Shown: positions 18,565 through 28,156 of the stretch, piece after piece
Layout: every line of letters begins with the position of its first letter
Numbering within the stretch: the stretch's first letter is position 1
DNA from: Acidimicrobiia bacterium
Lineage (GTDB): Bacteria > Actinomycetota > Acidimicrobiia > Acidimicrobiales > JANYDT01
Length of the DNA stretch: 64,000 nucleotides
Assembly (NCBI GenBank): GCA_031368215.1
Contig: JANLRD010000135.1
Location: 11,805-75,804, forward strand
Direction of reading: 5' to 3'
The notes under the pieces: model-generated
Database searches by the model: none
What the model saw: the letters and a program-made list of their open reading frames with translations, nothing else
Told to the model about the DNA's origin: nothing
Program-made: the position numbers and the translations under genes

Positions 18565-19221
18565 TCACGCATCGATCCCGGTCATACGCAGGGCCGACCG
18601 GGTCTTGTAGCGCATGTTGAGCTGAAGCAGGACGGCGGCGAACGCCTCGATCGGAGCGGCGTTCGACAGTCCACCGGTGTCGAGCGGGCGACAGCCGGGG
18701 ATCTTGCGCACGATGTCGGCGGTGACCTCGGTGGCCTTGATGTGGTCGGAGCAGATCAACACGTCGCTCTCGATCGGTTCGGTGATGTTGCCGAGTTCGC
18801 GCGCGGGCAGGTGGTGGAATGCCCCGGCGACGAGTGCGCGCGGGACAATCGCCTGGACGCTCGCCGCAACAGATCCTCTCGGAGGAACGAGCGGCTGGAA
18901 CTCGGGCCCGACCTTGGCGAGGGCGTTGGCCATCGAGATCACGACCTTGCCCTTCAGGAGATCGGCAACGCTCAAGGCGGTCGAGGCCGTGGACTCCCAC
19001 GGGGTGGCGATGATGACGACGTCGGCCGTGGCCGCTCCTGTGTTGGTGTCGGCCGTCAACGACAGCTTGTGATCCGGCCAGCGATCGAGGATCGAGTCGA
19101 CGGCCTCCATGGCCTTGTACTTCGATCGTGAGCCGATCACGACGTCGTAGCCGACCGATGCAAGTCGGGCCGCAAGCCCGCTTCCGGCCGGACCGGTACC
19201 ACCAAGGACTGCAATTCGCAT
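18565..19221 (-). CDS. NADPH-dependent F420 reductase (NpdG-like)
   Basis: ORF 18565..19221. It begins MRIAVLGGTGPAGSGLAARLASVGYDVVIGSR (Rossmann fold). Length is about 218 aa. Confidence 0.85.
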   Translation of the reverse strand: MRIAVLGGTGPAGSGLAARLASVGYDVVIGSRSKYKAMEAVDSILDRWPDHKLSLTADTNTGAATADVVIIATPWESTASTALSVADLLKGKVVISMANALAKVGPEFQPLVPPRGSVAASVQAIVPRALVAGAFHHLPARELGNITEPIESDVLICSDHIKATEVTADIVRKIPGCRPLDTGGLSNAAPIEAFAAVLLQLNMRYKTRSALRMTGIDA

Positions 19222-19418
19222 CCGCCGACTCTTGTCGAAAACGGCAGGTCCTCGCCAACCGGAACGCCCGTGACGTCGGTCGCAGCGGTTGTGGAGCGTC
19301 GTTCTTCGCGCCCCGGTGGCCAGTGGGGCGTAACCTGCTCAGCGGCATCACGGTCCGGCCCGGGCTGGTTCAGATGCTTGTTCGACTGCCTGGTCCGCGT
19401 GGCTGGCCTGAGTGAAGG

Positions 19419-20216
19419 GTGCGCCAGATGGGGTTGCTCACAGGGAAACGCTTGTTGATCACCGGGGTGCTGACTGATGCCTCGATTGCCTACGGCGTCG
19501 CCCAGACCGCTCTCGACGAGGGCGCCGCCATCGTCTTGACCGGAGCCGGGCGCGGTCTGTCGCTGACCGAACGCATCTCGCGTAAGCTGCGACTCCCCGA
19601 TGGCAGTGAGCCCGTCGAGGTTCTCGAGCTCGACATCACCTCGTCCGAGCAGATGGACGCTGTCGTCGCCCGTCTCACGGCGAAGTGGGGCGCCGTCGAC
19701 GGCTGTCTCCACGCCATCGGCTTCGCACCGCAATCGTGTCTCGGTGACGACTTCTTCGCCGCATCCTGGGACGACGTCGCCACGGCGGTGCAGATCTCGA
19801 CCTACTCCTACAGCGTCCTCGCCAAAGGCCTGCGTCCGCTGTTCCTGGCGGCCGGCGGCGGTGCACTCGTCGGTCTCGACTTCGATGCCACGGTCGCCTG
19901 GCCGGCGTACAACTGGATGGGCGTCGCCAAAGCCGGACTCGAATCGCTGAACCGTTACCTCGCCCGCGAGCTCGGCCCGGACGGTGTCCGGGTGAATCTG
20001 GTTGCCGCCGGGCCGCTCAAGACGCTGGCCGCCAAATCCATCCCCGGGTTCTCCAAGTTCGAGGACGTCTGGACGGAGAAGGCCCCGCTCGGCTGGGACG
20101 TCAAGGATTCGTCGGCAGTGGCGAAGGCCTGTTGCGCGTTGCTTTCCGACTGGTTCCCGATGACCACCGGCACGATGATCCATGTCGACGGCGGCTTCCG
20201 CGCCATGGGGGCCTGA
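19419..20216 (+). CDS. fabI: enoyl-[acyl-carrier-protein] reductase (NADH), InhA/FabI type
   Basis: ORF 19419..20216. Motifs: GLLTGKRLLITGVLTDASIAYGVA, YNWMGVAKAGLES, RVNLVAAGPLKTLA, ALLSDWFPMTTG. It reads collinear with InhA. Confidence 0.9.
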   Translation: MRQMGLLTGKRLLITGVLTDASIAYGVAQTALDEGAAIVLTGAGRGLSLTERISRKLRLPDGSEPVEVLELDITSSEQMDAVVARLTAKWGAVDGCLHAIGFAPQSCLGDDFFAASWDDVATAVQISTYSYSVLAKGLRPLFLAAGGGALVGLDFDATVAWPAYNWMGVAKAGLESLNRYLARELGPDGVRVNLVAAGPLKTLAAKSIPGFSKFEDVWTEKAPLGWDVKDSSAVAKACCALLSDWFPMTTGTMIHVDGGFRAMGA

Positions 20217-20725
20217 TGGCCGAGAAGCCATCTTCGCAACGACGCGTTGGCGTGCAGCCGTTCTCGAGAGAGATGGTGCAGGACCACCTCGATCGGATGG
20301 AGCTCAAGTTCGTCACCGATGACGACGGCGACTTCACCGTCGACTTCAGCCTCAACGACGAGGAAGAGATCGTCCTTCGGGTCCTCATGAGCGCCGAGGG
20401 TCCGAACGAGGACATCTTCGTGATCCGGGGCGTGACCAACCTGATGGTGCCGAAGACGCTGTGGCCCAAAGTCATGGCCGGCTGCAACCAGTGGAACCAG
20501 GAGCGTCGCTATCCGAAGGCGTACCTGTTCGTGCCCGAGAACGAGGAAACCCTGTTCGGCACGATCCATCTCGAAGGGCAGTTCCCCCTCGGGGCCGGAG
20601 TCACCCAGCCGCTCGTCGACGAACTCATCACCACGCTCGTGCAGACATCCTTCGCGTTCTGGCAGGACGCGTTCGAGTCGGGCCTTCTGGCTGAAGAAGA
20701 CATGCCCGAGACACCGAACGACTGA
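20216..20725 (+). CDS. YbjN-domain (putative chaperone-like) protein
   Basis: This is the 3' part of ORF 20132..20725. The ATG at 20216 overlaps the fabI stop (TGATG). The protein is acidic and about 170 aa. The family call is tentative. Confidence 0.65.
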   Translation: MAEKPSSQRRVGVQPFSREMVQDHLDRMELKFVTDDDGDFTVDFSLNDEEEIVLRVLMSAEGPNEDIFVIRGVTNLMVPKTLWPKVMAGCNQWNQERRYPKAYLFVPENEETLFGTIHLEGQFPLGAGVTQPLVDELITTLVQTSFAFWQDAFESGLLAEEDMPETPND

Positions 20726-20738
20726 GTTCGTGGATCGG

Positions 20739-22124
20739 TCAGCCGGCCGTCGCGTGCTTGGGGTTGGCGATGGCCACCCGAACATCGACGATCGATCGCA
20801 GGGCCGCGAGGACCTCGTCGTGTCGCGCGTCGAGATGTCCGTTCTTGATGGCGTCGGCGAGGGCCGCTTCGCCGTCGTAGCCCAACGTCGTTGCGGCGGC
20901 TCGTTGGGCGGCTTCGAGTTGGGGCCGCAAGGCAATCTCGCGTTCGACGATCGCCAAGACGTTCTGAGCAACTCGTGCATGGAAGGCGATGCGTCCTTCG
21001 GTCGCGGCCATGACATCGCGTTCGAGGTACCCGCGCACTGCGTCGAGGAGGTGACGAGATGACGGAAAGCCGATGTCGTCTCCGCTCTCCGCGGCGGTCG
21101 CAGTCGGGGTCACCGGCGCAACCGTGATGGTCGTCGCCGGCGGAGCTCCCATGAGCGTCAGGAGATCGTGTTCCTGTTCGGCGATTCGACGACCGATGGC
21201 CGCGAGCTCGACGCTTTGCAGTGCCCCGGACGTGTGGGCATTGCCCTGGGTCACGCACATCACGCCCCACATGAGGGTGCCGGCGACGATCCACCAGTGT
21301 ACGCGTGCGGCGTCGACCTCCGGATGTCCGTTGGCGAGATGGTACGCGCGCAGAAGATCCTCGATGGATCCGATACCGGCGACCTCGTGTGGGCTCCCGA
21401 AGCGCCACGCCCGCACGCTCAGCCAGCCAAGGTCCTCGGCGGGGTCGCCGAGATGGGCGAGTTCCCAGTCGAGAACAGCAGCCAATCCGGTGGGCTGGAC
21501 GATCACGTTGCCGAGGCGGAAGTCGCCGTGCACGATCACGGGGTCGATGGGTTTCGGGCGATGCGCATTGAGCCAACGAAAGGCGAGCTCGAACGTCGGG
21601 CTGTGATGTCCGAGCAGGTCGAGAACCTCGCGGTACTTCTGGAGCGGATGCACCTCGACGAGACCCGGCACGGATTCGGGCGCGACAGCGTGGAGCAGCG
21701 CGGCAGCTTCGCCGAGCTGGCTCACGAGGACCGATCGTGCGTGCGCGTACGGTTCGTCACGAAGGATCTTGCGGGCAATCGTCTCGCCGTCCACGTGATC
21801 CATGACCAGGAAGCCGGTCTCGAGCACGTCGTCGTCGGCGTCGCCGCTCGCCCGGATGGTCGGTACGGGAACGCCGGCCCGCGCCGCCGTCTCGAACAGG
21901 ATCGCTTCGAGCGGCATGCCGCCGGTGCGACCGACGGCGAGCGGGAGTCCGGGCGGGTCACGGCGAAGAATAAGCTGTTGCGTCGCGCCATCAGCCTCCC
22001 TGGCGTTGAACGACCATGTCTCCCGGCTCGCCCCGCCGCTCAAACGACGGAGCCCGTCGATCTCGGCACCGAGCAGGCGAGCGAGCCGGTCGCGAAGGTC
22101 AGCGGTGCTCGTGGGAGGGGTCAC
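20739..22124 (-). CDS. APH-fold phosphotransferase with an extra C-terminal helical domain (DUF6285-like)
   Basis: ORF 20739..22124. Motifs: LSGGASRETW, VIVHGDFRLGNVIV (HxDxxxxN), VLDWELAHLGDPAEDL. Confidence 0.8.
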   Translation of the reverse strand: MTPPTSTADLRDRLARLLGAEIDGLRRLSGGASRETWSFNAREADGATQQLILRRDPPGLPLAVGRTGGMPLEAILFETAARAGVPVPTIRASGDADDDVLETGFLVMDHVDGETIARKILRDEPYAHARSVLVSQLGEAAALLHAVAPESVPGLVEVHPLQKYREVLDLLGHHSPTFELAFRWLNAHRPKPIDPVIVHGDFRLGNVIVQPTGLAAVLDWELAHLGDPAEDLGWLSVRAWRFGSPHEVAGIGSIEDLLRAYHLANGHPEVDAARVHWWIVAGTLMWGVMCVTQGNAHTSGALQSVELAAIGRRIAEQEHDLLTLMGAPPATTITVAPVTPTATAAESGDDIGFPSSRHLLDAVRGYLERDVMAATEGRIAFHARVAQNVLAIVEREIALRPQLEAAQRAAATTLGYDGEAALADAIKNGHLDARHDEVLAALRSIVDVRVAIANPKHATAG

Positions 22125-22187
22125 GAAGTGAGCTTGGCAGTTGTGACTGGGCTCGGCCCAGTCGTCGGCGTCCTACGCTGGGGGACG

Positions 22188-22805
22188 ATGGGCCGCCGCG
22201 GATCACCACGCCAACGACGCGTCGTCAGCTTGGTGTCGCTCGCGATCACGTTGGCCGTGGTGCTCGTCCCAACGATCAGCAATGTCCGGTCGTCATCGCG
22301 GGCGCAGGCGCAGTCGACCCGCACATCGCAGTCGTCGGGGGCGTCGGGCGCCTCGTCGTCGTCGAAACCGGCTTCGTCCTCGTCCTCGGCATTGTCCTCT
22401 TCGTCGTCGGCGTCGGCAACGTCGGCATCGCCATCGGCCTCGTCGTCGAAATCGGCTTCATCGTCGTCGAAATCGGCTTCATCGTCGGCATCGTCCAACC
22501 GGACCGATCCTCGGCTTCGGCGCATCGGCTTCGCGTCCGAGCGTGGACTCGACTCGCACTGGCGAAAGCACGGGTCGGAGTTCAACGTTGCGTCGAAGGC
22601 GGAGTACCTCGCCATAGCTCAGGACCTGCGCGACGCTCCTCTGTCGGCGCGGGTGATCGAGGCGCCCCAGGCCAACGGCTCCTATGCCCGCTTCGATCGG
22701 ACCACCGGCGCGTTCCTCGCCTTCAACCGCGACCTCACTATCCGCACCTTCTTCCGGCCCGACGACGGCGAGTCCTACTTCCGTCGAGCCGTCAACCGCC
22801 GGTAA
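22188..22805 (+). CDS. membrane-anchored poly-Ser protein with a small C-terminal HWRKH-motif domain
   Basis: This is the 3' part of ORF 21168..22805, starting at in-frame ATG 22188. It reads MGRRGSPRQRRVVSLVSLAITLAVVLVPT (signal anchor), then about 70 aa that are mostly Ser, then a ~95-aa domain with good G/C third positions. Confidence 0.6.
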   Translation: MGRRGSPRQRRVVSLVSLAITLAVVLVPTISNVRSSSRAQAQSTRTSQSSGASGASSSSKPASSSSSALSSSSSASATSASPSASSSKSASSSSKSASSSASSNRTDPRLRRIGFASERGLDSHWRKHGSEFNVASKAEYLAIAQDLRDAPLSARVIEAPQANGSYARFDRTTGAFLAFNRDLTIRTFFRPDDGESYFRRAVNRR

Positions 22806-22826
22806 ATCCGCTCTGTCAGGGGATCG

Positions 22827-22973
22827 CCCCGCCGCACATCGAGGCTCCCATGCCGCACATCGCCTCACCCTTGCCGCAGATCGACCGTTTTCGTGCCGGA
22901 ACGTCGGAAAATTGGTCGATGTGCGGCGTGGAGGGGCTGATCTGCGGCGGAGAAGGGCTGATGTGCGGCGGGC
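22827..22973. repeat. inverted array of six 21-bp-phased GCCGCA(C/G)ATC decamers
   Basis: Forward decamers start at 22831, 22852 and 22873. Reverse-complement decamers start at 22918, 22939 and 22960. A 35-nt partly palindromic centre separates them. The array lies between two convergent stop codons. Confidence 0.8.
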
Positions 22974-22998
22974 TCAGCGGCGGCGGCGGAAGGTGCCG

Positions 22999-23739
22999 CT
23001 ACTCGACGAGGCGGAGGCCGGTGGGGGCGATGGAGCTTTCGACCTGGGGGAGGTCGACGACGAACTCGGTGCGGTGGGCGGGGAAGACGAACTCGCTGAG
23101 CAGGATGGCTTTGCCGTAGACATCGTTGGTGATGCGCTCGCAGCGCAGCACCGGTGACAGTGGAGGTATGCCGAGCAGGATGGCATCGGCGTCGGACGCA
23201 GCAGCGGCCCCGATCGTCTGCGTGGCGCCGCCGACCCGGACGGGGAGCACGTCATAGAACGTCGTCCGCTCGATCGAGGCGCGCGAGATCTCGGCGCCGA
23301 GGTGCTCGGGGACCCACACCGTCACCCGGGCGAAGGGCGTCCCGTCGGCGAGGTTGATCCGCCGCACCTGCAGGACGGTGTCGACGCCGAGCACCTCGCG
23401 AGCCCGCTTCGGGGCGCGCACGAAACCGAACTCGAGCACTCGCCGTTCCGGGGTGATGCCGTTCTCGGCGAGCTGATCCTCCAGGGTTCCGAGACGGCCG
23501 AGGGACTGACGCAGCGGCGTGGCGGCGACGAACCAGCCGAATCCCTGACGGGAGTCGACCAGCCCCTCCTCGCGGAGCGCGGCAAAGGCCTTGCGGACCG
23601 TGACCCGGGAGGCTTCATGGGCAGCGGAAAGCTCCGACTCCGACGGCAGCAGCGCACCGGCGGCCAGTTCGCCCGACGCGATCCGAGCCCGCACGGCGTC
23701 GGCGATGGCCTGGTATCTGAATGCTCCGCGCTCGCTCAC
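22999..23739 (-). CDS. GntR-family transcriptional regulator, HutC subfamily (UTRA effector domain)
   Basis: ORF 22999..23775. The wHTH region is [31 protein letters not shown], followed by a UTRA-like C-terminus. I prefer the GTG at 23739 ([14 protein letters not shown]). Confidence 0.85.
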   Translation of the reverse strand: MSERGAFRYQAIADAVRARIASGELAAGALLPSESELSAAHEASRVTVRKAFAALREEGLVDSRQGFGWFVAATPLRQSLGRLGTLEDQLAENGITPERRVLEFGFVRAPKRAREVLGVDTVLQVRRINLADGTPFARVTVWVPEHLGAEISRASIERTTFYDVLPVRVGGATQTIGAAAASDADAILLGIPPLSPVLRCERITNDVYGKAILLSEFVFPAHRTEFVVDLPQVESSIAPTGLRLVE

Positions 23740-23760
23740 TTGTACTATACTTGTCTTGTT
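23738..23760. promoter_or_regulatory. AT-rich segment with ACTTGT direct repeat (11-bp period), candidate operator/promoter between gntR and aconitase
   Basis: Sequence ACTTGTactatACTTGTcttgtttt. It is an unusually AT-rich stretch in a GC-rich genome. It overlaps the preferred gntR start. Confidence 0.3.
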
Positions 23761-23820
23761 TTCCTGCCGAAGCAACTACCACCCGTCGAACGAACCGTCA
23801 CCCGAACCGAGGAGTCCCCC

Positions 23821-26100
23821 ATGGCCGTCGCCGCCAACACCCCGCTCAGCCTCGTCGAGGCGGTCTACGCCAAGCTCGGGGCCAATGTCGCCATCGGCCG
23901 TCGGCGCCTCGGCCGGTCGATGACGCTCTCCGAGAAGATCCTCTTCGGCCACATGCGAGACGCCAACACCGATGAGTTCGACCGCGGCGTGACCTACGGC
24001 GACTTCTTCCCTGACCGGGTCGCCATGCAGGACGCGACGGCGCAAATGGCGCTGCTCCAGTTCATGACGGCCGGCCTGCCCCAGGTGGCAGTTCCGTCGA
24101 CCGTCCACTGCGACCACCTCATCCAAGCCCGCGTCGGCGCCATCAAGGACCTCGAAGTCGCCAACGACACCAACCGCGAAGTCTACGAATTCCTTCGCTC
24201 CGTGTCGGCCAAGTACGGCATCGGCTTCTGGAAGCCCGGCTCGGGCATCATCCACCAGGTCGTCATCGAGCAATACGCGTTCCCCGGCGGCATGATGATC
24301 GGCACCGACAGCCACACCCCGAACGCCGGCGGGCTCGCCATGGTCGCCATCGGGGTCGGTGGCGCCGACGCCGTCGATGTCATGGTCGGTCTGCCGTTCG
24401 GTGTCCGCTACCCGAAGCTCATCGGCGTGCAGCTGACGGGCAGCATGAGCGGTTGGACGAGCGCGAAGGACGTCATCCTCAAGGTCGCCGACATCCTCAC
24501 CGTCGAGGGCGGCACGGGTGCGATCGTCGAGTACTTCGGTCCTGGCGTGGCGAACATCAGCGCCACCGGCCGGGCGACGATCTGCAACATGGGCGCCGAG
24601 ATCGGTGCGACAACCTCACTGTTCCCGTACGACCACGAGACCGCGCTGTACCTCAAGGCCACGGGCCGCGAAGACATCGCCGACCTCGCTGATAAGCACA
24701 CCGATCTTCTGCGCGCAGATGAAGACGTCGAGGCGAATCCAGCCAAGTACTTCGATCGGATCGTCGAGATCGACCTCGACACCCTCGAGCCGCACATCAA
24801 CGGCCCGATGACGCCCGATCTCGCCCACCCCGTCTCCAAGGTCGGTGCCAACGCCAAGGCGGCGGGCTGGCCTCTCGAACTCAGCAGCGCACTGATTGGT
24901 TCGTGCACCAACTCGTCGTATGAGGACATGACCCGGGTCGCATCGATCGCCCGCCAGGCCGCGGCCTCGGGACTGAAGGTGAAGACGCCGCTCCTCGTCA
25001 CGCCGGGCTCCGAGCGGGTGCGCGCCACCATCGAACGCGATGGCATCCTCGCCGACCTCGAGGCCATAGGAGCCACCGTGCTCGCCAATGCCTGCGGACC
25101 GTGCATCGGCCAGTGGAAGCGTGATGACATGGCCGACGGCACGCCGAACTCGATCATCAACTCCTACAACCGCAACTTTCCCAAGCGCAACGATGGCTAC
25201 GGCTCGACGAACTCCTTCGTCGCCTCGCCCGAGACGGTCATCGCCTATGCGCTCGCCGGCACCCTCGACTTCAACCCGCTGACCGATGCCCTCACGGCGA
25301 CCGACGGTTCGTCGGTGATGCTGGCCGAGCCGATGGGGGAGAAGCTTCCGGCAAAGGGCTTCGAGTCTGGCGACACGATGTTCGAAGCACCGCCGGCCGA
25401 CGGCTCGGGCGTCATCGTGAACGTGTCACCGACATCGGACCGTCTGCAGCTGCTCGAACCCTTCAGCGTGTGGGATGGCAAGGACTTCGAGAAGCTTCCC
25501 GTGCTCATGAAGGCCAAGGGCAAGTGCACCACCGACCACATCTCCATGGCGGGGGTGTGGCTGAAGTACCGAGGGCACCTGGAGAACATCTCCGGCAACC
25601 TCTTCATCGGCGTGAACAACGCTTTCACCTCCGAGCCGGGCATGGGCTGGAACACGCTCACCCAGTCCGAGGCCATGATCCCCGACGTCGCCAAGGCGTG
25701 GGGCACGAGTGGTGTCCGGTGGGTCGCCGTGGGCGATCAGAACTACGGCGAGGGCTCGTCACGCGAGCACGCCGCCATGGAGCCCCGCTACCGCGGTGCC
25801 GCGGTGATCATCTGCCGCAGCTTCGCCCGCATCCACGAGACGAACCTGAAGAAGCAGGGCGTGCTGCCCCTCACCTTCGCAAATCCGGCCGACTGGGAGA
25901 AGATCGGCAAGGACACGCGGATCTCCGTCGTCGGTCTCGCGTCGTTGGCGCCGGATCAGCCGGTGAAGGTGTTGCTACACCAGGCAGACGGCTCGGTCGA
26001 CGAGATCAGCTGTAAGCACACGATGAACGATGAGCACCTCGGCTGGTTCCGTGCCGGTGGCGCGCTCAACCTCATTCGCGCGGCGGCCGGCAACCGCTAG
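23821..26100 (+). CDS. acn: aconitate hydratase, mitochondrial-type (~760 aa)
   Basis: This is the 3' part of ORF 23302..26100, from ATG 23821. Motifs: [73 protein letters not shown]. It appears collinear with mitochondrial aconitase as I recall that sequence (recollection, not alignment). Confidence 0.95.
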   Translation: MAVAANTPLSLVEAVYAKLGANVAIGRRRLGRSMTLSEKILFGHMRDANTDEFDRGVTYGDFFPDRVAMQDATAQMALLQFMTAGLPQVAVPSTVHCDHLIQARVGAIKDLEVANDTNREVYEFLRSVSAKYGIGFWKPGSGIIHQVVIEQYAFPGGMMIGTDSHTPNAGGLAMVAIGVGGADAVDVMVGLPFGVRYPKLIGVQLTGSMSGWTSAKDVILKVADILTVEGGTGAIVEYFGPGVANISATGRATICNMGAEIGATTSLFPYDHETALYLKATGREDIADLADKHTDLLRADEDVEANPAKYFDRIVEIDLDTLEPHINGPMTPDLAHPVSKVGANAKAAGWPLELSSALIGSCTNSSYEDMTRVASIARQAAASGLKVKTPLLVTPGSERVRATIERDGILADLEAIGATVLANACGPCIGQWKRDDMADGTPNSIINSYNRNFPKRNDGYGSTNSFVASPETVIAYALAGTLDFNPLTDALTATDGSSVMLAEPMGEKLPAKGFESGDTMFEAPPADGSGVIVNVSPTSDRLQLLEPFSVWDGKDFEKLPVLMKAKGKCTTDHISMAGVWLKYRGHLENISGNLFIGVNNAFTSEPGMGWNTLTQSEAMIPDVAKAWGTSGVRWVAVGDQNYGEGSSREHAAMEPRYRGAAVIICRSFARIHETNLKKQGVLPLTFANPADWEKIGKDTRISVVGLASLAPDQPVKVLLHQADGSVDEISCKHTMNDEHLGWFRAGGALNLIRAAAGNR

Positions 26101-26137
26101 TGTCCCGAGGCCTTTCGTCGGTTACCCTCGGGCGACG

Positions 26138-28030
26138 TCAGGCGCGTTCGGCGAGGGTTCCGGCGAGACGGCGGGTTGGAGGCGTGCGACGCCCGCCGTC
26201 GCGGACCACCGACTCGCCTTTCGGTTCCTTCTTCTGCTTCGACTTCTTGGGTGCCTTCCGGGTGCGCTCGACCGTCGCCTCGGCGGCCGCGAGCAACGCG
26301 GCTGACGCGTAATTCGTTGTCGTCGACGACGCGCGCGCTGGAGTCGAGTCCGGCACGCGCTCGGCCGCCACAGGGACTTCGACCGGCGACACTGTCGTGC
26401 TGCGAGGCGTTGCGGGCTCGGCGGATCGCCGGTCACGCTTCGGCACGACAGGGGTCGGATCGGCCTTCGCCGTGGCGCGGGGTCGGGTGACCGCTTTGCG
26501 CTTGGCGAGCTGACTCTTGGACGCATCCTTCGCCGTGATTGGCTCGGTGATCGGCTTCGCCTTGACCCGGCCTCCGCTTGCTTTCGTCTTCGGTGCCCCG
26601 GTACCCGCAGCGGGCCGGACCCCGGATGCCGACGGCACACGTCCGTCGGGGGTGGTCTTCGCCAACTCGTCCGCCGACACCTCGCGGGCGACGTGGGCCT
26701 CGGGCGGGAGGGTCGCCATGATCGCCGCCATGACCCGTTCGGTGTCGGCGCGCACCGACGCCTCGGACGACGCACTCCGCGCGAGGCCGGAGACCGCCGG
26801 CCCGAAGGTCACCGACACGTGACGCGGGTCGGTGACCTGCCACAGATTGGGGACCTTGGCCGAACGGGGCCAGACCTGCTCGGTGCCCCACACCCCGCCG
26901 GGAATGACGGGGATGTCGGGACACAGCGCGGCAAGTCGGGCGACTCCCGTCTTGCCGCGCAGGATTGGGTCGAAGAACTCCTCGCCGCGCGGAATCGTCC
27001 CCTGGGGCAGGATGACAACGCATTCGCCGGCCTCCAACCGCTCTGCAGCCGCTTTGATCGGGGCGTCGGATCCGGTGCCGCGGTCCACGCGGATGCCACC
27101 CATCGCCCGGGCGAGCTGTCCGACCACCGGTGCATCGAAGACCTCTTTCTTGCCGAGGAACCTGGCGTTGCGGCCCGCCTTCGCGATGGCCAGGGAGATC
27201 ACGAGGGGATCGAAGTAGCTGCGGTGGTTCGTGGCGATGATCACCGCGCCGGTGCGGGGGAGGTGCTCCACGCCTTCGAACATGAATCGCACTCCAGGGA
27301 AGAACTCCGGGCGCGTGAACTGGCGGAAGAGGTCGAACGGCTCGATGCCGTTCACCGAGGGCACGCCCTCGGGGGTGTCGAGCGAGCGAACCGGCCAGCG
27401 ACGCACAACGGCGAGCGCCCGGAGACGGTAGTCCGGGTTCACCGCAGTCGGACGCCCCACGGCTCCGAGGAGGGGTGCGTCGAAGACCGAATCGGAGTAC
27501 GCGGCGCACGAGTCGAGATCGACGCCGCTCTCGTCGGCCCACGCTGTGACCGCGGCGAGCTTTCCCGGGCCCCACACGAAACCTCCGTCGAGGTCCCCGG
27601 TGTAGGTCCCCTCGAGTTCCCCGTAGCGAGTAGCGACAACGGCATCGAAACCGAGGCGCTTCGCCAACGGGGCGACGAGGTCGTAGGGCGACGTTGTCGC
27701 CAGCACCAACAGGTCCCCGGAGTTGCGGTGCGAGCGGAGGAGCGCCGGAGCGTAGGGCTGGACCTTCGGGAGGAGGACATCGGCGGCCCATTCGGCGACC
27801 CGGGCGACGTCGTCGCGGCGGAGTCCCTTCGCCCGTGACGACGCCCGTTTGGCCAGCTGCATCACGAGATACGACTCGCCGACCAAGTCGAAGAAACGGA
27901 ACAGCAGGTCTTGACCCGGAATGTGAGGAGTCGGCACGCCGAGTTGGGCGAACGCTTCGGCGAAGACGGGCCCGCTCGCTCCGGCCAGCAGGGTGCGGTC
28001 GAGGTCGAAGAACGCGGCGGTCCTGGTCAT
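26138..28030 (-). CDS. HAD-IB hydrolase / PlsC-type lysophospholipid acyltransferase fusion with a long basic low-complexity tail
   Basis: ORF 26138..28030. HAD motif I is AAFFDLDRTLL. The acyltransferase box is IIATNHRSYFDP (H-x4-D), plus FPQGT-like ILPQGTIPRG. The last ~185 aa are K/R/P/T/A-rich. Confidence 0.85.
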   Translation of the reverse strand: MTRTAAFFDLDRTLLAGASGPVFAEAFAQLGVPTPHIPGQDLLFRFFDLVGESYLVMQLAKRASSRAKGLRRDDVARVAEWAADVLLPKVQPYAPALLRSHRNSGDLLVLATTSPYDLVAPLAKRLGFDAVVATRYGELEGTYTGDLDGGFVWGPGKLAAVTAWADESGVDLDSCAAYSDSVFDAPLLGAVGRPTAVNPDYRLRALAVVRRWPVRSLDTPEGVPSVNGIEPFDLFRQFTRPEFFPGVRFMFEGVEHLPRTGAVIIATNHRSYFDPLVISLAIAKAGRNARFLGKKEVFDAPVVGQLARAMGGIRVDRGTGSDAPIKAAAERLEAGECVVILPQGTIPRGEEFFDPILRGKTGVARLAALCPDIPVIPGGVWGTEQVWPRSAKVPNLWQVTDPRHVSVTFGPAVSGLARSASSEASVRADTERVMAAIMATLPPEAHVAREVSADELAKTTPDGRVPSASGVRPAAGTGAPKTKASGGRVKAKPITEPITAKDASKSQLAKRKAVTRPRATAKADPTPVVPKRDRRSAEPATPRSTTVSPVEVPVAAERVPDSTPARASSTTTNYASAALLAAAEATVERTRKAPKKSKQKKEPKGESVVRDGGRRTPPTRRLAGTLAERA

Positions 28031-28156
28031 GCCCCAGTCTGGCCCACCCGCCGCGGCAGTGACATCCGGCGTCGTTTCGTTCTCATGCGTACCGTCGTCG
28101 ATCGTCGTCGGCGGTGCCGGGTCCTCGCACAGCCCGCGGAGCCAGCTCGTTCGCAG

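Noticed and set aside
21168-22187. Upstream two-thirds of ORF 21168..22805 (+)
   Set aside because: It is antisense to the APH-fold phosphotransferase gene (20739..22124) and has no motifs. I kept only the part from the in-frame ATG at 22188.
22121-22615. Acidic 164-aa ORF (-) opposite the poly-Ser gene (DDADDEADFDDDEADFDDEADGD...)
   Set aside because: It is the mirror image of the TCG-rich Ser tract. Its N- and C-terminal parts look random, whereas the plus frame has a signal anchor and a well-formed C-terminal domain with G/C third positions. I kept it as an alternative to be excluded by Ribo-seq or proteomics.
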